Shown piece by piece: positions 15,835-29,638 of a stretch of DNA of 64,000 nucleotides (the stretch's first letter is position 1; each line of letters begins with the position of its first letter). Under the pieces are notes generated by a model. The model saw only the letters and a program-made list of their open reading frames with translations. It did no database searches and had not been told where the DNA came from. This DNA comes from Cycas panzhihuaensis (taxonomy: Eukaryota; Plantae; Cycadophyta), in contig CM041465.1 of assembly GCA_023213395.1 (NCBI GenBank), forward strand, positions 213,535,741-213,599,740. Direction: 5' to 3'. Position numbers and translations under genes: made by a program.

Positions 15835-18800
15835 CCTCTCCTCATTAATCCAAAACTACCATGATAAGCCTAGTGGTTAGCTCTCCCCTCCCTCATGGGG
15901 AAAACTTCCATATCTTTTCTGACTAGACTCAACACCTCCTCGAGGAAATCCTCTTTCCAAACCCTCAAACTCTTTTTTAAAACTGCCTAATTTGCTAGCT
16001 AATTGGATGATGCAAACCCCTCTTTATACATATGGTAGATTTGAAAGCTCTCTTTTGGCTTTAGGGCCTCTTGAGCACCACTTATCATAGTCTCATTCTT
16101 CTAATCTGCCTCATTATCCCCTCTGAGAATCTTTATCACATTTAATGAATCTCCTTCGATAACCACCTTTTTGCATTCATCCTTAGCAGACATAAACACT
16201 ACTCTCTACATGTCCTTAAGCTCTACCCAATGGTTAGTCTGCTGGAGATGATACTCTGTGAAAGCCCACTATAATTTTCTATCAGGTTTCTTACATAAGC
16301 CCCCCCACCTGCCTCCCTAGGGTTACCTTTAGAAGCTCTATCAAAGTTTATTTTGACCTAGTTAGCCTTAGGAGGATGCTAAATGTAATTTCTCCTTTTA
16401 ACCATAATTATATTAGGTCTTCCTATACCCCACCCATCAATGATACTGCCCTTAAATTCAAAAATGCTTTTTTCATTTGTGATTTTAACTGATTCCATAA
16501 TTGCTGCATAAATCACATCGTAAAGACTAACCATATCCATTTCCTTCTCTTAGAAGATCCTTTTATTTCTTTCCTTCTGGAGATTCCACAACACCATTGG
16601 TAGCGTGCTCTTTTAGAGAAAACCCAACATCTTACTTCTAAAGGGGCATTTCCATATCAACAATTGATCTTTGAGAGTCTTAGGGACTACCCATTTTATC
16701 TCAAATTGGGATCAAATAAGAGACTAAACTTTTTTGGAATGGGAGTAGTGAAGGCTAATATGGTCCAATGTTAGTTGCCCTTCTTACACAACACACACCT
16801 ATTTGTCATAGCAAAACCCCTCCTATGGAGGTTATCTACTATCAAAATCTTATTCCTTAAGTAAATCTACTAGTAGATCGTAACTTTGGCTATTAATCCC
16901 ATTTTCCACACTCCTTCCAATAATGGGTTTTTTAAAGTCCCAATGTCTAAACATATGGCCTGGTACCCCTACTTCATTGTGTACTCCCCCAAAGGGGAAT
17001 TAGCCCAAATAATAGAGTATAGTTTAGCTATTTTTGGAATATAACATTGATCTAGCTCTTTTCTAAAGGTAGATATACTCTTCCTCATGTCCTGGGCCCC
17101 TAGTAGCTCCTCAAAGGATCACTAGGATCTATCTTTGCCATGCCCCTCCAAATAATTCTCGATCTTTATGCAATAGTTATTCTTATAGATAGCTTACAAA
17201 TGACCAACATTGGGCCTATCTTTCATGTGACAATTCCCACACCAGTTATCCTCCTAAAAGTTTATACTTTTCCCATCCCCTAACTTCCATCTTAACCTAG
17301 AGAGCAAGATTGATCTAGAATACAACAGACTCCTTCATATCAAGGAGCCATTAACCTCCCCAACCTCATCCTTTAGGAAGTGCTTTCTCCCCAAGTATTT
17401 TTTAGAGATGATCCTACCCTATTTCCCCCCATCATCCTTCGCCAATCTCTAATCTAATTTAGCCACCAAAGCACTTTTGAAGGGAGCTAGTCTTCTAATA
17501 TTAAGCCCACTTGTCCATCTAGGGAGGCAAACTTTATCCTAACTTATTAGGTGGATTCTATCTTTTTCTTCTACTCCTAACCATAGAAATCTTTTCTAAA
17601 TGCCTTCCAAAATCAATATAACTTTGCTCAGTATCCTGAAGATTGATATCATATACATCGGGATACTCTGAAGAGAAGTCATCACCAATTGAATTTTTCC
17701 AACTCGACTAAGAAGAGATCCTTTCCACCTTACCAGCTTCCTTTGCATCCTATCCATAATAGGATTCTAGATCCCCCTTGACATATGGCCTATAAACATG
17801 GGCATCCCTAAGTAGGTGGATGATAGAGATCTGATGGGCATTTACGAAGAAGACACTACTTTTTTCCAGATTTATTTTCTGATTTGTGACTCTCTCAAAG
17901 CATTACATGCTAGCTTTAATATCCCTTACTTCACCCATGGTAGCCTTCACTAGAAGAATTTTATCATCCATAAATTAGTGATGAACTATGTTGTTTATGT
18001 TAGAAGTAGGCTTTAGACCCATTACCCATCCTTTCCTCCTGGTCTCCTCCACAACCCTCCCTAGAATTTTAACCATAATAATAAACAAATAGGGAGATAA
18101 AGGATCCCCTTTCTTTGACCCTCTAAATCTAGAAAAAAAAGCTATCGATGTGTCATTTATTAGGATTAAATATTCAGGTTTGGAGATGAAACATTCTATC
18201 CACTCCATCCATACCTTGCCAAACTTAAATGCCTAAAGGCAGTCCAATAAGTAATCCCAAGGCACTCTGTCATAGGCTTTGGACATGTTGATTTTCATAA
18301 TCATATCTACTTCCTTCCTCTGGTAGATAGAGTGGATCATCTCATGGACAACTATAATACTATCTAGGATTTATCTTCCTTTCATAAATCCATCCTGATT
18401 TAGAGATATGGTTTGTGGTAGACACTTCTTAAGTCTATTGGCCAATATTTTAGCCAAGATTTTATACTTTACATTATAGAGACTAATTGGTCTAAACTCC
18501 TCCATAGCTGCAGTGCCTTCTTCTTTGGGATTAAGATAAGAAAAGTAGCTTATCATTCCTTTAATGTTATCCTTTTCTCATAGAATTCATCTAGGGCTAG
18601 TTTTAGGTTATCCTTGATTATATCTTAGAACTCCTAAAAAAAACCTAGAGAGAAGCCATCTGGTCTAGGAGATTTATCTCAATCCATATCAAAGAGGGTG
18701 TTCTCCACCTCCTCCATGGTAAATGACTCCTTTAACAATATATTTTTCTCTTAGTTAATTAATTTAGGGATATATCCCATAAGCTCCCCCCTTAAATTAG

Positions 18801-20047
18801 CATCTTGACAACTAGGTTCTTCAAATAAATTCTTGAAGTAGTTGATTGCTATACCTTTGATTTCTTCCTCCGTCTTGGACTCTACTCTTTCACTATTATA
18901 TAATTTTCTAATTCTCTTTCCTATATTGCATTTCATAGTTGTCATGTGGAAGAACTTGGTATTCCTATCCTCCTCCACCAACCAAAGATCCCTAGACTTT
19001 GTCTCTAGTAAATTTCCCCCTTTACCAGGACCTCCTCTAAATTCTTGATAGTCATACACTCCATCTAGTCTAGAGAGAGGAATCTACCTTCCTCCTGAAT
19101 TCTCCCCTCAATCTCATTAAGCTCCTTAATGAATCAAGCCTTTACTTTAAAAATATTGTCAAACACTTCTTTATTCCAAACTTTGACTTAACTTTTCACC
19201 TAATTCAACTTCTTCGAGAACCGAAGCATAGCCTGCCCCTCCATTGGTTTGCTCCATCATTCCTTGATCTAGTTCCTAAGGTTTGGATGCCTTATTTATA
19301 TAAGTTCAAACTGAAAATTAGCCCTAAGGTGTTTCCCTATAGTATTGAACTCAAGTAGCAATGGTGAATAATAAGATGCCACCTTTCGGAAACATCTAGT
19401 TTGATATCTTCATGGAGCCTGTCCCATTCGTAATTAATCATCATCTTATCTAGCTTTATATATATGTGATGGTCTCCTATTCTTCCATTTGACTAAGTAT
19501 ACTTAGCCCCTCTCAACGGAATATCCATTAGGCCTCCTTTTTGGAGGAAATCACCCAAGTTAGTCATGCTTTTAGACCAACCCTCTTGTCCATCTTTCTT
19601 TTCTCCTAGGAACAAGGCCGTATTAAGATCCCTTGCCACTGGCCAGGGGCCCTTCCAGTCTTTATGAATCTCTAGAATCCTATCCCAAAGCTTCTTCCTA
19701 TCTTCCATCATTGTTAGGGCATAAATATTAGTAGCTAGCCATTACAAGTTTGTCCTTCTGTAGGTTAACCAAGTCAACATAAAGTGGTCTTCTTGGGCTA
19801 GAGCTTCTCCATGCCATTCTTTCATTTTCCAAAGTATTGCCATTCCCCCCAAACCTTGGGATCCATCTTTCACTAATAACTCTACATTTCTTCATACCTT
19901 ATTTTTAATCTTTGATCCTTTGTCTCTTTCTAATTTGGTCTCTTGAAGCATTATAATGTCCACTCCCATCCTTATATGTAGGTCTTTAACAACTCTCTAC
20001 TTGGAGGGGGAATTTAAACCCCTAATATTCTAGGAAATAATCCTCAT
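15835..20047 (-). pseudogene. L1 ORF2: AP endonuclease, RT, zf-RVT, RNase H (disrupted)
   Basis: Start MRIIS*NIRGLN; FRPISLYNVKYKILAKILANRL; GDPLSPYLF; KINFDRASKGN RNase H remnant. Confidence 0.88.
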
Positions 20048-20049
20048 AG

Positions 20050-21360
20050 TAGCCTTGCATGCCTCCCCTGACATTAGATCATCATCTTTTACTTCTTAAA
20101 AATAGTCCCTCATTAATGCCTTTCCTTAGGGTTTGTTGGTATCCTTGATCAATTTAGAAGACAATCTCCCCTCTCAGGCCATCCTTTTGGTGGGTGTTTT
20201 GACCCTTTTATCATTGCCCAGATCAGGCCTTCTTCTCTGAATAGCCTCCCTCTATTCCTCCTGTGTATCCTTCCCCTTAAATTTCTAAATGTGGTCTATA
20301 TTTATAGACCCTACCAACCTTCTGCCCATAGGCAACCCTTCCTCAGGTTGATTCCTGTCTTAGCACTTGTAGCTAACTTGACTCCTAGCCCTAGGCTCTT
20401 CGACCCCATGTGATCCCTCTTCTGACCCCTTAGCCTGATCCATCTCCTCCTCTTCCTTAAGGAGGTTATCCTCTTCTCCCCAATTAACATTCTTTTCTCC
20501 CCCCTTCAACCTCTTAACTTGTCGAGGTTCCTCTAATTTGCTTTCTTAGGGCTCAACTATATTCTGCTCCCCTACTTTATTTTTCTCTTTTAGGACCCTA
20601 GGAGTACTAATCAAGCCCTCCCTCTCTCCTATCCCATACTTCTTCACCTCTCTTAGACAGGACAAGGGGATGTGCCTAAAGCATTTTCATCTAGAGCATC
20701 TAACATTGTCTAATTCATAGACTAAGTTCTAGTCTCTTCTCCATCCTTTGGATTCAATCCTCACTAATTTTAAGAGTCTTTTATCTAGTCTTGCCAGGAC
20801 ACAAAATTTGACATTGATTAACTAACTCCTATTTTTTGGTGCTAAGTCAGTAGCCAATAATGGCCCTATTACTTTTGCCACCCCTTTAATAACTTCCAAG
20901 TTCTAAAATTATAGGGGGAGTTTAGGCATTTGAGCCCATATCAGTGCCTGCTTCATTATTGGCACTAATGGATCAAAATTCGGATGCTACTTCTCTAGGA
21001 CTATTACCTTTTTACCTAACATCAAGGGGGATTTTAAGATAGTGCTTATCATATATCCCTAGTTTACAAACCTAAAAAAAACATAACCTCCATTGGGTTT
21101 TTAATCCTCCACCTAATCACTAACCATTTTCTTATAATGTCGAGCCCCAGTCTGGGCACTAGAAACTTCCCTACTAGATTATTTTCTGAATATCTCTCTG
21201 TCCTTTCAATAAGATCTTTAGGAATGAGGAGTCTAATTAAGTTATCTTGAAATATGCGATTTATCTCACATGTTTCTACCTCTCCAATTTTTAAAACATC
21301 TTAGTAGGACCTTCCCAAAGGGAAAGACTAAGTCTCATTATTATGGTTTATTTCCTTTAT
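20050..21360 (-). pseudogene. L1 ORF1 (DUF4283-type with Zn knuckle), disrupted
   Basis: Aligns by eye with ORF1 of the younger L1 (P.GR.Y.D.LKIG, HPNFDPL, LPL.F.N). Confidence 0.75.
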
Positions 21361-24186
21361 TTAGGAACAAAAACTAACTAAGCAAACCATTAGAACAAGA
21401 AGCTGCTAGGTTAACAACCTACTCACCTAGATCTTTGAAGCTTCACACTTTTGTATTTGTCTACTAGTAGCATTCAGGAAGTTACTTACCTGTGCATCCT
21501 CCCTAGGATAACCACACTTGAGCTCCTTCTCTTCCACACAAAACTTCTCCTGATCCCTAACTTTCATTATTGGAACTCAACCTTTCTTTAAATTTGAGTA
21601 CCTAGTACCTCTTCCCTGGGAAGTAACACCTAAAGATTTGGCATCTGGGGAGTATCTACCTCTCATCTAGTCCACATCATTATCATTCCATCCTTTGGCC
21701 CTTAGACGATGGATTCGGTACATCACCTTTGCTCATCTGCATAATGCATCTAACCTCATGAATCTAATTGGCCCTCACCTTAAGATAGACCATCCCACTC
21801 TACAGTTAAGTGATGGGTGATCCCATGCCCATGCTCTCGGCTGGTAAGTATCCACTGGGTCCATCGAAATCTCCTGTATACCTGAGAACTCTGCCACATA
21901 AAGCCTTAACCAAGAATACGACATTTGTCTTCTTCCTTCTATTCCCATGGAAGTAGTATTAACTAGTATGTACCGTGATACTTATCGAGGCAAGTTCCCC
22001 TAGGAACCTAAAATGAGAGAAGAAGTAATCTTCACAAAGGTAACTAAGGTGACAAGTCTCAATGGATCCTCAACTCTCAAAAGAGGGATATCTTTCTATA
22101 TGTGTTGTAAAGAAGGAAATCTAATCAACCATTAATTGTATACTAAATAATCAATAATTAAAGCAAAAAAAAGAGTAAAGGAAACTCAAACAAATGAATA
22201 ATCCCTAACTACTTCCCCTAAGGAGATAAATAAATAATCAAAGATTCCCAATAAATAGGAGTATTATTGAGGTACTTACCCTAAATGAAGTCATCCTAGG
22301 ATTCCTATTAACTAATTACCAAGCACTCCTAGAAGAGTGATCTAACCTAGACTTATACCCAATAGTAAAGAAGAGGACTATGTCACGCTAGCTATATATT
22401 AAGAGGACTAATAAGTAAGAAAACTCAAAAGATCTCAGACCTTGGATTAACATCGACATCAAGGGTCATCCACTAGGGGCTTCCTCATCTAATGATGATC
22501 CACCCATGAAGGTAGATGACTTAAGGATATCCATACCTAATTTTGGTAAGTCATACATACTTAGATGTGAAGGAGGAAGAGAGGAGTCACTTTCAACCTA
22601 ATGTGTGGTGGGAGATGATGACCCTTAGAGTTTAGAACATGCCATAGAAATAACAATCTCTAAGAAGAATGTGTTTATACATGAAGAATGTTAAGTCTCA
22701 ATTAATTAAATTCTTCTTTACACAGAGAAGTCTTATCAAGAAAACTCTTATAAGGAGAATGGGACATAACCTAAGGGGAATAAGTAATGTCATATACTTA
22801 TGATGAAAGATAATATGTCTCTTTTGTTGAATGAAGTCAACACATAATTAAACAATGCTCACAACATATAATCATTAAAAATAAATAAGTAAATTCACCC
22901 TAATGTATCTATATACATATGCAAACTGTAATGCTTTCCTTTTTCCCTTTGTTTGATTACTTTAAGGTGCAATTGGTCCAAGCACTCATTAGAAAGTAAA
23001 CTAAGTCCTTTTGTTGCACTTATATTTATCCTAGTTATTATACTTTTGATCACTTTTGTCTTTTGTGTTTACTAATTAAGAAGAGAGTGCAACTACATGT
23101 GACTCACCTCTCATTATTTTAATCAAAGCATGCACAAGGAATAAGCAAGTAAAGCCTCTTAAAAAAATAAATAAGAATAAAATCCATATGACATTAAAAT
23201 ACCTAAAAAAATTTAAGATATATGTATGAAATTATTGAGAGGAGAGTTGTGCAAAGAATGGCTAATTTCAAAAGAGGGAAGGTGAAAGAAGAAAGTACCT
23301 TTCACCTTTCTCAAGAGCTTATCAACTATAACCTCTAATAAGGCACCTCAAAAAAGATCAAGTAAGCATATGAAGCATAGCAAAATCTATCTCAAAACAA
23401 GTAGCTTCATATAAGAGAGAAAGGGAGATAGTATGTAAGATATCCATAATTCTATAGATAAAAGGATTTAGAATCTTTACTTAGTTTCTTCAATAAGGTA
23501 ACTTATCCTTCTAGGGAAGGTTTAGCAACATTCAATCTATGTTAATTAATTTTATTACAGTTATGGGTATGAACCTATGTGAGGAGCTAGAATTTGAGCT
23601 TAACTCTAAACAAAAAAGATCAAAGAAAAATATGGACCTAACATTCATCCAAATACCATATGAGAAGGATCTTATTTAAGTTCAAAATGAGAAAAAAAAA
23701 TTATAGCCAAACCATACACATGAAAAAAATGGAATGCCAAACATAAAAATGAGAGAAATGAGTGCCTCAGATTTTGTTCTTCAACAACCTTTAAATACTC
23801 CAAATAAGACACCAACTCCAAAAGCAAATGATGCACTAAGATCTTTCAAAGATGAAAGAACTTTTACATGTAAAAATAAGAGAAACAAGAGGATAATAAG
23901 GCCAAAGGAAGAAAAGAGTCCAAGCCTGGGTATGTACAACCCTAAGTTATGAGAAATCTTTAGTCAATGGTTCAATTTAAGCTCTAATAAGTCACTTTGA
24001 CATTACACAAAAGGTCATAAGAGGTTGAGATAAAATTTTAGTAGCAATCCATTACATAGAAATTCCTCCTTGTTTTCTTAATGAATATAAGGGTTTTTAT
24101 AAGAAAAACAAGAGGGAGTGGTTGGTAAAAACTTGTGGGAGGTTAGTCCATAGTTTTTTTAACAAATTGGGTCCATACAACTAAAG

Positions 24187-24338
<152 letters not shown>

Positions 24339-26197
24339 AATAGTAAAAACTATGGCTAATTTAAAAAATCATAGTCAATTTATAACGAAAATTATGGTCT
24401 GCTTTATAAACTATGGCCCACTTCATAAACTATAGAATTCACCTTTGATTGTAGTTTATTAAATGGACCACAATTTTGGGCAACCTAAAAATCATAACAA
24501 ATACTCAAAACCATGGTCTATGAAATTCTTTAGAGTGAGAGAGAAAAGATTAAAAATTTTAAAACTTAATCAAGATTTTCATCTAAAGACATTAGAGAAG
24601 GCCAATGAGAAGTTAAATAAAGTAAATTCATCACTTAAAGATTTGAAAAAAATGATTGATTAATAAATCAAATGATCATAAAATGATAAACCAATAAGGA
24701 AGAGAACTATAGTAGTGTCTCAAAGCAAGCTTAGAGGTGTCATAAACATGCACATGTTATGATTTGTACATCATAGGTAATAATAAAAAAAGTACAAATA
24801 TAATCACATCAAATAGTCATCTACTTATTATATTAATGAATTAACTAATTAGTAAAAATACCCAATCAAAACCTTTAGTAGTAAATAAGACAAGGCAAGA
24901 AGCTTGGCCATGTCAAAATAGGTGCAACTAATTATAACATTTACCCCCTTAGCAATAGAAGCTCTTTGAATAGGTTAATGTAAGACAGTGAACATTGGCA
25001 ACCTTACCTAAGAGGAGCTATTCGAGAACTTAGGCTACCTAAATAGTTTGTTGAGTTATTTAAAATGACAAGGTTCGACTAATAGGATAAAGGTAGATAA
25101 AATGATAGGATGAAGCTAATGTGAATAGTTGACTTAATGCTATTTATAAGATTTAAACTAAGTTTATGGGACAACTACTTCTTTTTGGGTTTTTCATTAT
25201 TTTTTACTTTTTTTTAGATATCTTAAAATTATCTATCTATAGGAATGGACCTACCATAGTTTAACCTCATTAGTGGTTGATTTTTAGATGTGTGGTCATT
25301 ATAGTTTAGTCTCTTTAGTGACCATTCCCCATTCTTAAGTGAGTGAGAGTACAAAGTCTTAGAGGGGACTTTTGTGGTGGAAGTCTCATGATGTAAATAA
25401 AAGTTGAAATTTGGTTTGTATGATGAAAATTGACTCATTTGACTATAAACACTCATATGTTTCAAAGAAGTCTATTTTTTGAGCTTGTGCTGACTTAGTT
25501 CCATTAATAAGGGGACTTGTAGTGAAGAAGCTAAATGAAAATAAGTTTCATTTCCTAGGGGAAAGTTAGAAGACATCTAAATGCATATGAGTTAAAAGAA
25601 TGGATAAAAATGATTAAAGGAAATGTGAATTATACATTAATGGGAAATGTGCCATGTAATGAAAAGGTTGTATAATCAAATTTGTAGAGGAAAAATAATT
25701 CACTTATGAGTTATAAAGTTGGAGAGTAGAAGGATTTCTTAAGGTATATTCAACTATTTTGAGAGATTTGGATATTTGATTGATGTGATGACTAGCATCA
25801 AAGTCATAGTAGATTCGATGAGATACTTAATAAGTTCTATTAAATTTTTGTTTTTTTTAATACTTTTTTCCCAAAACCATAGTGAACCAGTGAAAATCAT
25901 AGTATTATGATTAAAAATTATAGTATTATGGTTGAAAACTATGGTCTCTTAATTCAAGACTATGGTCAATAAAATTGACCTAGTTTTTAATTAATTTATT
26001 CTGGTTTTTAATCAACTTACTGTAATTTTGACTAGTTTTCCATGCTTTTTGATCAAATACTATGGTTTTTATTAAGTTACCATGGTTTTTATTTCAAAAG
26101 TATAAAAATTAAAATTCAAGTTTTAAGTTTAATTTTTATCAAGTTGATCTTTGTGAAGTTTTATTACTAATTTGCTACTTACATGTGTTTTGTAGTG

Positions 26198-27234
26198 GTT
26201 GGATCATGTAAAGAATCTTGAGAATAAGGAAGGGTTGATAGATGAACTCTTTGAGCATCTCACCCTAGTTAAGCAATAAATACTTCACCATTGTGGCTTT
26301 GTCAGAGTCAGCTAGTTTATCTAGTTAGTGATGGATAATGATCTCATAGTGGATATGATTAGTCACTAGATTCTAGGTGATGATATGTTTCATTTTAAGG
26401 GGATATGGTATTTGAGGGTTACTCGATATGATGTTGGTAGGATTTTGGGTGTGTCATGGAGGGGACAACATATGGCCCCTACACAAGTAGTTGATGATGA
26501 CCTTTAGAGAGCAATGGGTTAATACATAATTGGTGTAAATGTTTTATTAATTATCATGGAATTCAAGTCTCAATGTTTTAGTAGGTATAGGGTATCCCTA
26601 CCATTTGTAAGGTGGTGGATCTTATCATCTATTCCATATCACATGACTATAGAATTACATGGGTCTACTTGGTTAATTGGATAGGGTAAAATGTTAATAT
26701 AAGCTTATGGTACAACTAGACTATGTTGGGTATGTTGTTTGGAGTATGGACCATAAACTCATGAGGATTTATCGTAATGGTATTAGTAGGTTTTCCTACA
26801 CTTCTATCCTAATGTATTGGCTTTTTGATCATATTCCTCTCATACACCTTGTTGGAGGGCTAGGGGGACTTACTGTGATATAGGCCTAAGGAAGCGGATT
26901 GGTTAAGATGAATCTAAACCAATTTGTAGCCAACTTGGACAATGGTATGCTCCCTTCCTTAGATGATGATATTGATTCAATAGAGATAACAACACATATA
27001 CCTCCACCAAATCGTGGGACAGGAGGTGGAGTAGGAGGAGGAGATAAAAGGGGACGAGTGCCCTCGATAACATATATGCCCCTAGAGGATAAAGAGGGAG
27101 GTGATGTTTTAAATGTTGAGATCATAGAGGTATTATAATAATTAATAGGTGAGGGTGGAGAGAAAGATAGATAGAGGGAGAGGTAGCATCACAGAAGGTA
27201 GATAGGGTCAAGGAGGAAGCAACACATAAAGGAG
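26198..27234 (-). mobile_element. Probable gypsy gag/leader remnant that hosts the copia insertion (likely continues after 47867)
   Basis: Pro/Ser-rich minus-strand frames like those at 6300-7400; gag-like LLLN*GEMLKEFI at ~26240-26290. Confidence 0.35.
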
Positions 27235-27239
27235 ATAGT

Positions 27240-27537
27240 TGAAAAGAGTTAATGTCACAAGGTCATTACATTAGTTGATTATTTCTAAAAAGGGGTCTTA
27301 AGTGAACTTTAAATTAGATCACTAAGTGAAATGCACTTTCATATGCATTATGTGTAATTTTATTTTACCTAACTCTAATGTTCCATCTCTGAATATAAAA
27401 GTAAAATCTCAATGGAGGAGGCTCATTCTTACCTCCCTATTTTATGAGAGCTTCTCTCTTTCTCTCAAGTCTCTCTTGGTCCTATGTTTGCCTTTGTGTT
27501 TAGTGCATGGAGATGAATGATAGATCCACTCTTTTTA
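27240..27537 (+). repeat. Copia 5' LTR (298 bp)
   Basis: ~91% identical to 47563-47861 by eye. Confidence 0.96.
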
Positions 27538-27539
27538 TA

Positions 27540-27551
27540 TGGTATCAGAGC
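27540..27551 (+). promoter_or_regulatory. PBS, tRNA-iMet
   Basis: Perfect TGGTATCAGAGC 2 nt after the LTR. Confidence 0.95.
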
Positions 27552-29274
27552 TTGCTTCCTTCATATTCCTTACTTGCACTTGCAATAGAACCATTACTTC
27601 CTTCTCCCCCACAATCCATGTGGTGAAGGAGATTGTGAAAGTGGATTTAGAAATATTTTTAAGTTTTTATCATATCATATTTAGTATTATTTACTTTTCC
27701 TTTCTCTTTTGTAGTTTTGGAATCATAATATAAGGAGATGTAAGGCCTAAGGATTCCAATCCTTTGGTAGTCATTTATGCTATCTCATTCTTTTTTTCTT
27801 TCCCCTCTTTTAATCCATTTAATAAGGCGAATTGCTGCCGAAAATTTTCCATCCTTTAGAGGAATGATTGTAAGGGGAGGTTCTACTCATTTTTTTAAAG
27901 AATTTAGAGCCATTTAAAATATTCATCATTATATTCTCTCAGCTTGCCTATATTAGGATCCTGGTGATAAAAAAATGATGGAAATTTCATATGGTATCAT
28001 GTATTAATGAGATATTAGTAAGCTAAAATTTCTATAGAAATAAAATTTGCTTGATAAACTTCATAGGTCTACAAAATCTTCTACAGAGCTCTAATTAACC
28101 TAATTCTAATTGTCAAATATGAAGCTTTGAGTCTACTTTCTAGTACAAAAATTGGCACTTAATTTTGATGTCATATGAGAATGTTATTGCTATTTTAGTG
28201 AACATTAATTATTTTTAGTAAGAATTCTAGAAAAATATATTTTCCTAACTTTATAAGATTGCCAAAATTTTTTTAGAACTCATTTGGACCTTATTATACT
28301 TTCTGAAGATGAAACTCTAAGTCTAGTTTACAACATAAAAGTCAGCACTCAATTTCGTTATTGTGGAAGAAAGTTATTGCTGATTTAGTGAAGACTATTT
28401 TTTTGTATTAAAAAAAAAAAAGTAAAGAAATTTTCTTCCTTCTTTTTATAAGGCTTAAAATCAGATTGTAAAAGTGAGTAAAAAACACTTGGATCATAGC
28501 AATATCTGATGTCCATAATCATTTTTTAGCATTACATTTCAACACTTTAAAATTACTTTAAGTAAGTACTCTAAAGACACTTTAAGCAAGCACTCCAAAA
28601 GCACTCCAAGCAAGTATTCTATTTTTAGTACGTTTGATGCAAATTCAATAATCTTTTTATTCTCTCTAAAAGGAACACATCACGTATGCTATTTTTTGCC
28701 ATCTTGTATCTATTCACATACTCACCAAGGTTAAGATACCTTAGTTGGCAGAATGCCATGCCATAAAGAAGGTATAGGTTTCAAGTTGGGACTAGCCTGA
28801 ACCAAAATATTGGTGAGGTTTGGTTAGCCATACTATCATGCCTCAATTAAGGATCATCTTGATAACCAACCAAAAAAATTAAAACTTTAAATATAAGATT
28901 AAAATATACCTAATCCAATATCCATCATAGTCATAGGTATGCACGTACCACTCTTTAGAAGAGGTAGATAGTTGCTTATTGGTGAACTGGGTAAGGATTG
29001 GGAGTACTTAGGTTCCATTATGACTTGGATTTCATTACTAAGCATAATTACAGGTATCACAGGTGAAGGCCAACTTAATTCTACTAAAAGCCTAGGCATC
29101 CCTTTAATGACCTAAACTACATATTGGACATAATTTAGAGGTTATTGGTTTGATTACACATCTTACATTTGAGTTTGAAGTTGTACATACCTAATGATGT
29201 TAGCTTGTACATTGGCCTATAATCTTATATATTGATCACTTACTTATTTTTAAAAAGTGATCCATAGTATAATC

Positions 29275-29470
29275 ATAATCATAATACTTTTCATATTCCT
29301 GATGTGTTATGTTAAGATTTTCCATAAGTGTTAGTGGCCAATTTTCATTATAGTACTTCTTATATTCCTGCTATATCAGCTTAATATTTGCCACAAGTGT
29401 TAGTGGATAATTTTCATCATAGTGCTTTTCATATTCCTTCTATGTCAGGTTAATATTTATCACAAGTGTA
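29275..29470 (+). repeat. ~69-bp tandem repeat, about 3 copies, in the copia leader
   Basis: ATA(A/G)T(A/G)CTT...ATATTCCT...CCA(C/T)AAGTGT recurs at ~29281, 29350 and 29419. Confidence 0.85.
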
Positions 29471-29638
29471 GGTGACTTTTCTCTAAGTTTCTCCCTTTAT
29501 CTTTGAGCAACCATTCTCACTTATTCTTCCTTCTTCTACACAGCTTTATTTTATCTCATATTTGTAAACAATGATTGGTCATTTATTACCATCATATTTA
29601 TAGTCCCTTATTCATTTCTTCCCTTGTCAAAAGATATC

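Larger units (their letters stand above)
15714..21950 (-). mobile_element. Full-length old L1-clade LINE (heavily mutated)
   Basis: Poly(A) tail seen as a T-run at ~15712-15720; TSD AAGTAGTATT at 15704-15713 and 21951-21960; ORF1 and ORF2 remnants colinear with the L1 at 40579-46942. Confidence 0.9.

Noticed and set aside
27326-27520. Paired 64-65 aa ORFs here and at 47650-47847 that look like a duplicated small gene
   Set aside because: They are the two copia LTRs; GTG starts and no coding signature
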